Below are positions 8,342 through 16,410 of a DNA stretch of 54,142 nt, piece by piece; within the stretch, counting starts at the first letter, position 1; each line of letters begins with the position of its first letter. The DNA comes from Candidatus Woesearchaeota archaeon (GTDB taxonomy: Archaea; Nanobdellota; Nanobdellia; Pacearchaeales; GW2011-AR1). The position numbers were made by a program, and so were the translations under genes. Where the stretch lies: positions 1 through 54,142 of the forward strand of contig CAYHEN010000003.1 in assembly GCA_964355745.1 (NCBI GenBank). The letters run 5' to 3'. Under the pieces are notes generated by a model. It had not been told where the DNA came from, did not search any database, and saw only the letters and a program-made list of their open reading frames with translations.

Positions 8342-8911
8342 ATGAAAAGAAAAGCAACAGCGATAATTCTTGGAATTTTACTAATTGGAATTGTCTCTGC
8401 TTCTTTATTAACTTATTTTGGACAAATTACAGGAACTGTTGAAGTTAACGGACCTATATTATATCTTAATGGATATGATTCCGGAATTTATCATGATTTA
8501 TTAATTAATGAAATTCCTTCTTTTGAAGAAGAGGTTTATTTATGGGATGGACAAAGATTAATGTTCAATACAGAAGAACTTGGAGTTGAAGATTTTTACG
8601 GGGCTAATTTTGATATCAAAATATGGGCAAAAACAAATATAGAAGGAAACATTTTACAATTTCAAGTTGTAAGAATCAAACCCGGTTTAGAAGAAGAAAT
8701 TATTTGTGTTCCGCCTTCCGTAATTTTAACAAATACCATTAATTATGTTGAAAAAGAAACAACCTGCCAATCTTCAGGAGAAATAAACTTAAACCCAGAA
8801 GATGCAATAGGACTAATAATCTCTGGAGCAGGAGCAGATTCAGAATACTCGATAAGCACAGGGGAAGAATATACTGACGGCTATTCAAGAGTAGAGGTAT
8901 TAGCAACATAA
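8342..8911 (+). CDS. Secreted/anchored surface protein (N-terminus paralogous to 7201)
   Basis: 189 aa. Signal-anchor ends 'SASLLTYFGQITGTVEV'. Confidence 0.6.
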   Translation: MKRKATAIILGILLIGIVSASLLTYFGQITGTVEVNGPILYLNGYDSGIYHDLLINEIPSFEEEVYLWDGQRLMFNTEELGVEDFYGANFDIKIWAKTNIEGNILQFQVVRIKPGLEEEIICVPPSVILTNTINYVEKETTCQSSGEINLNPEDAIGLIISGAGADSEYSISTGEEYTDGYSRVEVLAT

Positions 8912-8912
8912 A

Positions 8913-9794
8913 ATGAACAACAACAAAATACCATTAATCATTTTTGCAACAATTTTCCTAATTGGAATTGTCACAGCAGGAACAATAACAAATGTAATTC
9001 CAACCACATTAGACATTCCAAGTTTTATTGCAGGGGGAACTACAGAAACAACCTTCAGCTTTGATTATCCGAATGTGGGAGGAAATTATAACAATGCTCC
9101 CCTTGTCGCAAGAGTCAATATAATTTCCTTAGATGAAGATTATCCTGTATGGAAGGGAGATTTTCAGATGTTCATGTATGCTGAACAATATTTGCTTCCA
9201 GGATTTTTCTATTATAACACAATTCCCATGACATGTTCAGAACAAGCTCCGATTAACTTTAAAGCAAAGGACAAGCCAGACATTCAGTATACAATTAATG
9301 AACTTTTGAATGGAACATTTTATTGCTACAATCCCAATTATTACATGCTGCAATTGGATTCAAATGATGAAGTAACATTAATTATAGGTTCTAATCCTGC
9401 TCTTTATCCAGGAGAATATCAAGTCAGTGTTGAATTACTGGAAATGGAGCCAGACAATCAAGGCCCAGTAATCCAATTAGTCTCTCCAGTTAATGGCTCA
9501 ATATTTTCTGACAATAACAGCATAATTCCGATAAAATTCAACATTACAGACATGTATAATATTGACGATTCAAGTGTAAAATATAAAATAGTAACTCTTG
9601 GTGTGCCTTCTGACGGGACAGGATTAAATGCAACCTACTATGACAGCGGATGGATTTATGATATAACTTATAATTCAACTTCTAAGTTATATGAAGCACA
9701 ATTTAACATGACTCAACACGGATTGAATCAGAGTGGTTCTTACTGGCTTTACGCAGAAGCAAAAGATGTGATAGGAAATAATGGAAAGTTATAA
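8913..9794 (+). CDS. Secreted surface protein with an Ig-like C-terminal part
   Basis: 293 aa. N-terminal TM. Starts 1 nt after the upstream stop. Confidence 0.55.
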   Translation: MNNNKIPLIIFATIFLIGIVTAGTITNVIPTTLDIPSFIAGGTTETTFSFDYPNVGGNYNNAPLVARVNIISLDEDYPVWKGDFQMFMYAEQYLLPGFFYYNTIPMTCSEQAPINFKAKDKPDIQYTINELLNGTFYCYNPNYYMLQLDSNDEVTLIIGSNPALYPGEYQVSVELLEMEPDNQGPVIQLVSPVNGSIFSDNNSIIPIKFNITDMYNIDDSSVKYKIVTLGVPSDGTGLNATYYDSGWIYDITYNSTSKLYEAQFNMTQHGLNQSGSYWLYAEAKDVIGNNGKL

Positions 9795-9795
9795 A

Positions 9796-10545
9796 ATGAA
9801 AACATCAATCTTCTTGGCATTAACAATAATTTTGTGCATTGGATTTGTAACAGCACAGGCAGAAATCTGCGTGGATTTTGATAAGCCATCTGCTCCCTCA
9901 AATTTAATTCTAACACCAGTCAGCAATGGAATTCAATTAACCTGGAATCCTGCAACAGATATTCCTTCTTGTAGCGGGATTAGTTATTATGATATTTACA
10001 TGGGTTTTAACCAAGAGAATTTAATTTGGATAGCAAATACCGATAATACAAATTATTTGGATAATATAAATCCTCAAGTAGGAACTTATACTTACATAGT
10101 TCATGCATGGGACTTAGTAGGACATAATGAAGGAAATGGAGTTTCTAATTCAGTCAGTATTGGAACTTCTGGAGGAACAACTCCTCCTTCTGGCGGTGGA
10201 GGAGGCGGAGGTGGAAGCAATATTTATTCGTGTGGAGACTGGGAAGAGTGTATTGATGGGATTCAAAAAAGAATATGCACAACTGGAAATTTACAAACTA
10301 CTGAGACAAGAAACTGTCTTACGACTCCTGCACCTACCCCCCCTATAAATGAGACACAACCAGAACAAACAACTACGGGATTTTTGGGAATCACAGGAGC
10401 AGCAATAGGTAACTTTGTCAAATCTGAAGAAGGAATTGCTACAATTCTGGTTTTGATAACAATTGTGGTTTTGGGAATAGCAATTACTTCTATAAGAAAA
10501 AGAAAAGTAACTAATAAAGAAAATTCTGAAGTAAAGATAGAATAA
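9796..10545 (+). CDS. Surface protein: signal peptide, FN3-like domain, Gly run, C-terminal TM anchor
   Basis: The ATG at 9796 lies 1 nt after the upstream stop. Contains 'PSAPSNLILTPVSNGIQLTWNPA', 'PPSGGGGGGGGS' and 'TGFLGITGAAIGN', followed by a TM and 'RKRK'. Confidence 0.6.
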   Translation: MKTSIFLALTIILCIGFVTAQAEICVDFDKPSAPSNLILTPVSNGIQLTWNPATDIPSCSGISYYDIYMGFNQENLIWIANTDNTNYLDNINPQVGTYTYIVHAWDLVGHNEGNGVSNSVSIGTSGGTTPPSGGGGGGGGSNIYSCGDWEECIDGIQKRICTTGNLQTTETRNCLTTPAPTPPINETQPEQTTTGFLGITGAAIGNFVKSEEGIATILVLITIVVLGIAITSIRKRKVTNKENSEVKIE

Positions 10546-10578
10546 CAAAATTTATAAAATTTAATAATCTTATTTAAT

Positions 10579-11700
10579 ATGATGAAAAAGGTGTGGTTGA
10601 TGTTTTTTTTAGTTCTAATTTTAGGAAATATGTTGTTCGTAATAGTTAGTAGAGTCAGTGCTGCAGAAACAATTGAAAATGCTACTTTAACCAGTATAAA
10701 AGAAGATGCTGATGCTCCAGTAATTTCAAACATTAATATAACTCCAGTTTGGCCAGGTTGTGCACAAAGAGTTGATATCTGTGCAGATGTTGTTGATGCT
10801 TCAGCTATAATCTCTGTAGGATTGAGTTGTTCATCCCCAAGACACGAACTTACTAATTACATGAATTTAGTAAGTGGAGACAGATACTGTACCTGGTTTG
10901 CAACTGATACAATGGATGCGGAAACAATGTCTTGTGTTATTAATGCAACAGATACTTCTTCAAACCACAATTCTCGAACTGCGCAAGTTTCTCCTTTCAC
11001 ATATGACTGTGCTCGTCCTCTTGCAGATATAGAATCTCCTATTAAGACATTTGATGAAGGACAATTAGTTTCCTTTAATGGTTCAGGTTCATATGATAGT
11101 GTAACTCCAACAAATGAATTGCTTTATTTATGGGATTTCGGAGATGCGACTCCTTCAGGTTCAGGAATGACCCCAAGTCATGTATATGCAGATAATGGAC
11201 TTTATTTTGTAAGATTAACTGTTACAGACTATGTTGGAATATCAGACAACGATGGATTAGAAGTAACTATAACTGATAGAATTCCAACTGCAAATGCAGG
11301 GGAGGATCAGACTGTTTTGGAAAATGAGAGTGTAAATTTTACAGGAAACTATACAGATGACCCCTCAGATTTAGTCACCCTTTATGAATGGGATTTCAGC
11401 TATGTTGAATCAGAAGGATTTAATGTAGAGTCCTTGGAACAAAATCCAACATATGTATACAATGAAAATGGTTCTTACACTGCAGCATTTAGAGTTAAAG
11501 ATGAAGACAGTTATTCAAATATTGATACATTGACTCTGACTGTAAAAACAAAATGTGATATGAAGCTTAAATGCAAGTCTCATTTCAACCCCAAGTGCCT
11601 TTTATGGAAATATAGGAATAGGATGTCCAGATGGAACCATCACTGCGAAGATGAAGATGAACAAAACAACCAGAGAGTTCTGAAACAAAAGAATAAATAA
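10579..11700 (+). CDS. Secreted protein with two PKD domains
   Basis: 373 aa. Contains 'LWDFGDATP...HVYADNGLYFVRLTVTD' and 'YEWDF...TYVYNENGSYTAAFRVKD'. The last ~50 aa are atypical (see findings). Confidence 0.7.
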   Translation: MMKKVWLMFFLVLILGNMLFVIVSRVSAAETIENATLTSIKEDADAPVISNINITPVWPGCAQRVDICADVVDASAIISVGLSCSSPRHELTNYMNLVSGDRYCTWFATDTMDAETMSCVINATDTSSNHNSRTAQVSPFTYDCARPLADIESPIKTFDEGQLVSFNGSGSYDSVTPTNELLYLWDFGDATPSGSGMTPSHVYADNGLYFVRLTVTDYVGISDNDGLEVTITDRIPTANAGEDQTVLENESVNFTGNYTDDPSDLVTLYEWDFSYVESEGFNVESLEQNPTYVYNENGSYTAAFRVKDEDSYSNIDTLTLTVKTKCDMKLKCKSHFNPKCLLWKYRNRMSRWNHHCEDEDEQNNQRVLKQKNK

Positions 11701-11702
11701 CT

Positions 11703-11858
11703 TTATCTTCTTCTTTTTTTGGGTTTCCCTTTTCTAGATTTCGCGAGTTTAATCAACTTTTTTATTTTAGAAGTCTTACTTTTGTTACTAGCACATCTGC
11801 TTCTGCATTTTGATTTCCTAACTTTTCTTGCTTTTTTCACACTTTTTTTCTTTGCCAT
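11703..11858 (-). CDS. Possible very basic 51-aa protein
   Basis: 'MAKKKSVKKARKVRKSK...KPKKRRR', taken from the internal ATG. Low-complexity, so it could be an artefact of a T-rich plus strand. Confidence 0.25.
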   Translation of the reverse strand: MAKKKSVKKARKVRKSKCRSRCASNKSKTSKIKKLIKLAKSRKGKPKKRRR

Positions 11859-11876
11859 TTCTCTTATATTATAAAA

Positions 11877-12100
11877 GCTGACATCTGGACTCGGTGGAGA
11901 AAGTGCCTTAAGCACGAACTGAATGAATCTTAACCTACAAATTTGCTTTAAAGGTTATCTTCTTCGCTTCATAAATAAGCTTAACAAGTGCAGGTTTCGT
12001 ATAGTGAGTTATAGTCCAGTCACCATATTAATAGTTAGACACTTGACAGAGGCTTTTATGATAACGTCCTTTTCAGGACAACCGAACTGTCCTAGTCAGC
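11877..12100. ncRNA. Candidate structured RNA of unknown identity; strand unresolved
   Basis: Terminal helix GCTGAC/GTCAGC closes nested helices found by hand: GGAC/GTCC, CCT..GCAC/GTGCAGG, ATGAA/TTCAT, TAACCT/AGGTTA. The plus strand carries RNase P-like 'GGAGAAAGTGCC' and 'GACAGAGGCTTTTAT'. The minus strand has a well-spaced TATA box and a T-tract at its end. Confidence 0.4.
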
Positions 12101-12213
12101 TATGATTAAAAGAAAAAAGATTATATAAGTCTATTTGAGCATTTTGTAGTGACTACAAAAAAGTAATTCCTAAAGAATAAAATATTTTTAAACAGGCGAT
12201 ACCTTAATTTTAA

Positions 12214-13161
12214 ATGCAGTTAATAAAGAAGAAGAGTGGGTTTATTTTTCTGATATTTATCTTCCTATTTGGAACAGTTAGTGCAACAATTTCAAATGTT
12301 CATACAGAACCATTATACCCTAACTTGAGTTCTGATTTGATTAAAGTATATGCTGATGTTTCTGATGTTTCTAAAGCAACTCTTTATTACAAAATAAATG
12401 ATGATACTTACAGCAGTCCTTTCTCTGTTTTAAGGGGGGCTGGAAGCATTCCTTATGGGGATATATTGGATAATCTTCAAGTATTCTATTGGATAGAAAC
12501 TACTAATCTTTCAGGAAACAAAGAATCAACACAAGAATTTAGTTTCACCTATGATGGCTCTGCTCCTGTCATTAGCATTCTTGGAGAGAACCCATTAACA
12601 ATAGAAATCAATTCTACTTATCAAGAATTTGGAGCAACTGCGTTAGACAGCGTTTATGGAGATTTAACTTCAAGCATTACAATTACAGGAGAGGTAAATA
12701 TAAGTGCTCTTGGAGAATACATTATCACTTATACTATCTCTGACTTAGCAGGAAATACTGCAACAGCAACAAGAACAGTCAGAGTTATTGAACCTATTCC
12801 TGTATCTTCTCCTAGTAATAATGCAGGGGGAAGCGGAACTCCTTACTCTGCTTCAAGTTCTGGAGGCAATAATTCAATTATAATAATAAATGATACTGGT
12901 GCTTCAAATGAAGAAGAGGCAAATGTAAGCACAGAAGAAACTCAGAAGAAGGGATTTTTGAGCATTGTTGGTAGTGTGGTAACAACACCATTCACATTCA
13001 TATTTGGCAATAGAACAAGAATATTCATCTTCGCAGTATTGCTTTTGGTTATTGCAGGATTCCTTGTATTTAAATTTGTTCTAAAAGGAAATTTAACTAA
13101 ATGGTTATTGTCTTTAAAGAAGGAAATTCGTTATATTATTAGAGTAAGACGGGGATATTGA
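12214..13161 (+). CDS. Surface protein with a DUF5011-like Ig domain and a C-terminal TM anchor
   Basis: 315 aa with a signal peptide. Contains 'APVISILGENPLTIEINSTYQEFGATALDSVYGDLT...TYTISDLAGNTATATRTVRV' and then 'KKGFLSIVGSVV' followed by a TM. Confidence 0.65.
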   Translation: MQLIKKKSGFIFLIFIFLFGTVSATISNVHTEPLYPNLSSDLIKVYADVSDVSKATLYYKINDDTYSSPFSVLRGAGSIPYGDILDNLQVFYWIETTNLSGNKESTQEFSFTYDGSAPVISILGENPLTIEINSTYQEFGATALDSVYGDLTSSITITGEVNISALGEYIITYTISDLAGNTATATRTVRVIEPIPVSSPSNNAGGSGTPYSASSSGGNNSIIIINDTGASNEEEANVSTEETQKKGFLSIVGSVVTTPFTFIFGNRTRIFIFAVLLLVIAGFLVFKFVLKGNLTKWLLSLKKEIRYIIRVRRGY

Positions 13162-13212
13162 GTAACTATATTTAAAGAAAAAGGAAAATAAAAAAGAAAC
13201 AGAGGACAGATT

Positions 13213-13566
13213 ATGAAAATTTATGTAACTAAAAATAGCGAATATCCTGTAACTATGATTGGCGAGCTTGAAGCTATAACTGCTATTGAAGAGAATAAAG
13301 GTAAACTTTATGGGATACTTGGCTTTTGGGATGATAAAACAAAAATAGGAGCTCATACATTTCAAGGAGAAGTAGAATTTATTTCAGGGGGGGGAGAGCG
13401 AATAAATTATGATAATCTATCAAAACTTTTAGATAACACTCCAAAAAGAGGGAAGCAAATTGTTGCAAGATTATTGGGAGAAGATAAAAAATTTGTTCGG
13501 CAGGGGACTCCTTGGGATATTATGATAACCTCTCCTATACAAGAGATTAGAGAATATAGTAAATAG
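13213..13566 (+). CDS. Hypothetical protein
   Basis: 117-aa ORF. No motif recognised. Confidence 0.4.
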   Translation: MKIYVTKNSEYPVTMIGELEAITAIEENKGKLYGILGFWDDKTKIGAHTFQGEVEFISGGGERINYDNLSKLLDNTPKRGKQIVARLLGEDKKFVRQGTPWDIMITSPIQEIREYSK

Positions 13567-13600
13567 AAAAGTAAAAGAGAATTCTGAAGAAAAAAATAAA

Positions 13601-13852
13601 TTATTTATCATAAATATTTTTTCTATGTCCAATTCTTACAACGATAATCTTGTTCATAGAAATAATCACGTCTACAACAGCCCTGTAATCTCCAACCCTT
13701 AATCTCCATAATTTCTCACCCTGAAGTCTTTTAAGATACCTAAATGGATTTTCTTTCAGGGAATAAATTTTATTTAAGATGATATCAGAATATTGTTTAT
13801 CAAGTTTTTTAAGAAATCTTTTTGATGTTTCAGTTAATTCTACTGAATACAT
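13601..13852 (-). CDS. RelE/ParE-family toxin
   Basis: 83 aa. Contains 'LWRLRVGDYRAVVDV...IIVVRIGHRKNIY'. Confidence 0.8.
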   Translation of the reverse strand: MYSVELTETSKRFLKKLDKQYSDIILNKIYSLKENPFRYLKRLQGEKLWRLRVGDYRAVVDVIISMNKIIVVRIGHRKNIYDK

Positions 13853-13853
13853 T

Positions 13854-14090
13854 TTATCTCAATTGTATCCCCAGTTCTTTAGCAACTTGTTCGATAGGGG
13901 TTGTTCTTCCTGCTCTAACATCTTCAAGGCCTTTTTGTATTTCATTAATTTCTTCTTCGCTAAGACTTTCTTCTTCTATATTTTCAATTAAATTATTTAA
14001 TATATCATCATAAGATTGTCTTTCAAAATTCTTTAGTGTTTTCAACTTTTCAAGAGTTTCTACATTGATTTGTATTGTGGTTTTTTCCAT
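13854..14090 (-). CDS. Antitoxin partner of the RelE-like toxin
   Basis: 78 aa. 1-nt spacing to the toxin. Contains 'TTIQINVETLEKLKTLKNFERQSYDDIL', the same N-terminal motif as the ORF at 51229. Confidence 0.65.
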   Translation of the reverse strand: MEKTTIQINVETLEKLKTLKNFERQSYDDILNNLIENIEEESLSEEEINEIQKGLEDVRAGRTTPIEQVAKELGIQLR

Positions 14091-14091
14091 G

Positions 14092-14119
14092 TTATATAGT
14101 AGCTATAAGTACTATATAA
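14092..14119. promoter_or_regulatory. Inverted repeat (10-bp arms, 8-bp spacer) abutting the antitoxin start; candidate operator/promoter
   Basis: 'ttatatagta' - 'gctataag' - 'tactatataa'. Confidence 0.55.
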
Positions 14120-14177
14120 ATATTTCTATTTACTTAAACAAAAACCCTTAAAAACCCCTTTCTCTCTTTTATATTCG

Positions 14178-14435
14178 TAGACTAGGTTGGCGGATTAGCC
14201 CTACGCCATTTGCAAACGGGCTTTATGGCAGACTGCAAGAAGGCGAGTGAGTAGAGTGTTAAAAAGTCTTTATTCGGACGTTGACGCTTTGTCTGTTTTG
14301 ATCTTGCAGGTGCGAAATGGGTCAGACCTTGATCGGAGCAGCCCTAAACATTTGTTGAGATGCTTAGCAGGAAACAGAGCTGAGAAAGATTAAAGGTAGC
14401 TTTTTAGTTCTTTACAGGCAAACCTTCGAGTCTAC
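14178..14435 (+). ncRNA. Signal recognition particle (7S) RNA
   Basis: Non-coding island with raised G+C. The 5' and 3' ends pair (GTAGACTAGG... / ...CCTTCGAGTCTAC). The helix-8 core 'GGGTCAGACCTTGATCGGAGCAGCCCTAAAC' matches the conserved SRP motif CAG-N9-GGAGCAG..AAAC, with the spacing I recall for human and bacterial SRP RNA. Confidence 0.7.
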
Positions 14436-14438
14436 AAA

Positions 14439-14771
14439 TTAACTTTTAATAATACTGCAGATTTTATCTTCAACTTCTTTTATTTTAGCTCTATTTAGTC
14501 TTCCTGCCTTATATAAAATGATTGAATCCCTTAATGTAAATAATATTGAGGGTTTGATGAAACAATTAACTTTTAAAGTTCCCTGTAGAAAATCTTTTTT
14601 GTCTAAAGAGATTTGATAAGGATCTTTCCTTTCTTTGGAAGTAATCTGACATAGAATAACATCTTCTCCCTTTAATGCTGCAATCACAAGGGCAGGTCTT
14701 TTAACAGAAGAGGTTAAATCAGAGAAAGGAAAAGGAGTTACAACAATGTCTCCTTTTACAAATCGTTCCAT
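14439..14771 (-). CDS. MazF/PemK-family toxin
   Basis: 110 aa. Contains 'KGDIVVTPFPFSDLTSSVKRPALVI'. Confidence 0.8.
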   Translation of the reverse strand: MERFVKGDIVVTPFPFSDLTSSVKRPALVIAALKGEDVILCQITSKERKDPYQISLDKKDFLQGTLKVNCFIKPSILFTLRDSIILYKAGRLNRAKIKEVEDKICSIIKS

Positions 14772-14965
14772 GTAGAATTATCCTCGTCACTAAGCCAGTT
14801 TTCTGCCAATAAATTTTCATCAGCATATATTTTTGATTTTATAGTGCTTAACTCTTTAATTCTCTGCTGAATGCATTTTCTGACAAATTCACTCCATTTT
14901 ACTTCAGAAAAATCCTTCATTTTCTTATAAACTTCATCATCAATAGACAAGGTTATGTTAGTCAT
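14756..14965 (-). CDS. Antitoxin (RHH/MazE-like) partner of MazF
   Basis: 69 aa. Overlaps the toxin start. Contains 'ITLSIDDEVYKKMK'. Confidence 0.6.
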   Translation of the reverse strand: MTNITLSIDDEVYKKMKDFSEVKWSEFVRKCIQQRIKELSTIKSKIYADENLLAENWLSDEDNSTWNDL

Positions 14966-14971
14966 AATTTG

Positions 14972-14989
14972 ATAAGTGAGTTCACTTAT
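14972..14989. promoter_or_regulatory. Palindrome upstream of the MazEF-like operon; candidate operator
   Basis: 'ataagtga gt tcacttat' (8-bp arms), 7 nt from the start codon. Confidence 0.5.
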
Positions 14990-15249
14990 TTAAACTTTTC
15001 GTCCAGAGTCCAGAATACAAATCCACAATTATACTTCTTTCGCTTTAACATAATTACTACATTTAGGACATCTGAGATATTTGAATCCACTTTTTTGAGT
15101 TAATCAATGCGGGCCAAAGAGGTCTTTAAAAAAAGATATCTTAAATTTTTTATTGCGTTTTGGACATTAAAACTATAGATAGTTTATTATTAACAATTTA
15201 TTCTAAATAATTTCAAAAACTTAATAAAGTCTTTTTTCTTTTTGTATTG

Positions 15250-15798
15250 ATGAATTTAAAAAGAGGGAAACAAGCGCAATTTTTTCTTATTGCTGCTGTT
15301 GTTATAATTATTATTATTGTAAGCGTTGTGACAGTTTCAAATTATACGCAGAAAAAACAGGAGGTCAAGCTTTATGATTTGGGGGAAGAGCTGGGAATTG
15401 AAAGCCAGAATGTTCTTGACTATGGAACGTACAGTGAATTGGATGAAACACAATTAAAAGTATTGATGGAAAGTTTTATTCAAAATTATGTAACTTATAT
15501 AGAAGAAAAGAAAAATGTTTATTTTATTTTTGGAAACAGCCAAAAGATTAATGTGCTTGGGTATCAGGAAATAAATCTAGAAGAAGTTTATATCGATATT
15601 GGAGAAGGAAAATCCCCTTTACAGGTAATGGGAAAAACGCAGGAGTTCTCTGCTGCTAACGAAGAAATAAGCAGGGTTGTAATTACAATTGCAGATATAG
15701 AATACCAATTCAGATTAAAGAGGGGGGAAAATTTCTACTTCATAATCTGGCAGGAAATTGGTGGAGAGAAACATGTTATTACTAGTGAAGACGAATAA
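15250..15798 (+). CDS. Prepilin-like protein (class III signal peptide-like N-terminus)
   Basis: 'MNLKRGKQAQFFLIAAVVIIIIIVSVV'. First gene of the pilus locus. Confidence 0.45.
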   Translation: MNLKRGKQAQFFLIAAVVIIIIIVSVVTVSNYTQKKQEVKLYDLGEELGIESQNVLDYGTYSELDETQLKVLMESFIQNYVTYIEEKKNVYFIFGNSQKINVLGYQEINLEEVYIDIGEGKSPLQVMGKTQEFSAANEEISRVVITIADIEYQFRLKRGENFYFIIWQEIGGEKHVITSEDE

Positions 15799-16318
15799 AC
15801 GTGCATTGAGCATTGTTATTGGATATATCTTATTAATTGCTATTTCAATAGTAATGAGCGTTATTGTCTATCAATGGCTGAGAACCTATGTTCCAAAAGA
15901 CACTGTAAAATGCTCAGAAGGAACTTCTATTTTCATAAAGGATATTTATTACGACTGCATAAATTCTAAATTAGACATAACCTTGAAGAACAACGGAAAA
16001 TTCAGCGTCAATGGATATTTCATTCATGTATCTAATTTTTCTAATCCTGATGTATTAGCAACAATAGATATCTCAAGGAATATTGTATCAGGAGGGGTTG
16101 TTTCTGGGAATTCAATTACCTTCTCTGACTTGCTGGAAAACGCCCTTACTCCTGACGAGCCGACAAATATCAAATTATCCTCCTTTGATGTCGGGGAATA
16201 TGGATTATTGTACAGCATTGAAATAATTCCTACAAGAATACAGGAGATAGAAAATAAAAAGAGACTTGTCAGTTGCGGAAATGCAAAAATTGAGGAAGCT
16301 CTGATATGTGATGCATAA
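15758..16318 (+). CDS. Archaeal type IV pilin (Pilin_N/DUF361-type N-terminus)
   Basis: 'KTNKRA|LSIVIGYILLIAISIVMSVIVYQW' followed by a beta-rich domain. Confidence 0.7.
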   Translation: MVERNMLLLVKTNKRALSIVIGYILLIAISIVMSVIVYQWLRTYVPKDTVKCSEGTSIFIKDIYYDCINSKLDITLKNNGKFSVNGYFIHVSNFSNPDVLATIDISRNIVSGGVVSGNSITFSDLLENALTPDEPTNIKLSSFDVGEYGLLYSIEIIPTRIQEIENKKRLVSCGNAKIEEALICDA

Positions 16319-16410
16319 ACGAAAGAATTTAAAAGTAATATGTTGCTTATAATTAAAATAAAAGAGGTTAAACCCAATAATTTTTCAGTACAAAAATCGT
16401 AAAGAGGAAG

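Noticed and set aside
10127-10348. 73-aa alternative-frame ORF across the Gly-run region
   Set aside because: It is in a different frame of the better-supported FN3/TM-anchored protein gene and has no independent signal.
15029-15106. Minus-strand Zn-ribbon-like fragment ('...FKYLRCPKCSNYVKAKEV*')
   Set aside because: The open frame is bounded by a stop 25 codons upstream and has no ATG, GTG or TTG start. At best it is a gene remnant.
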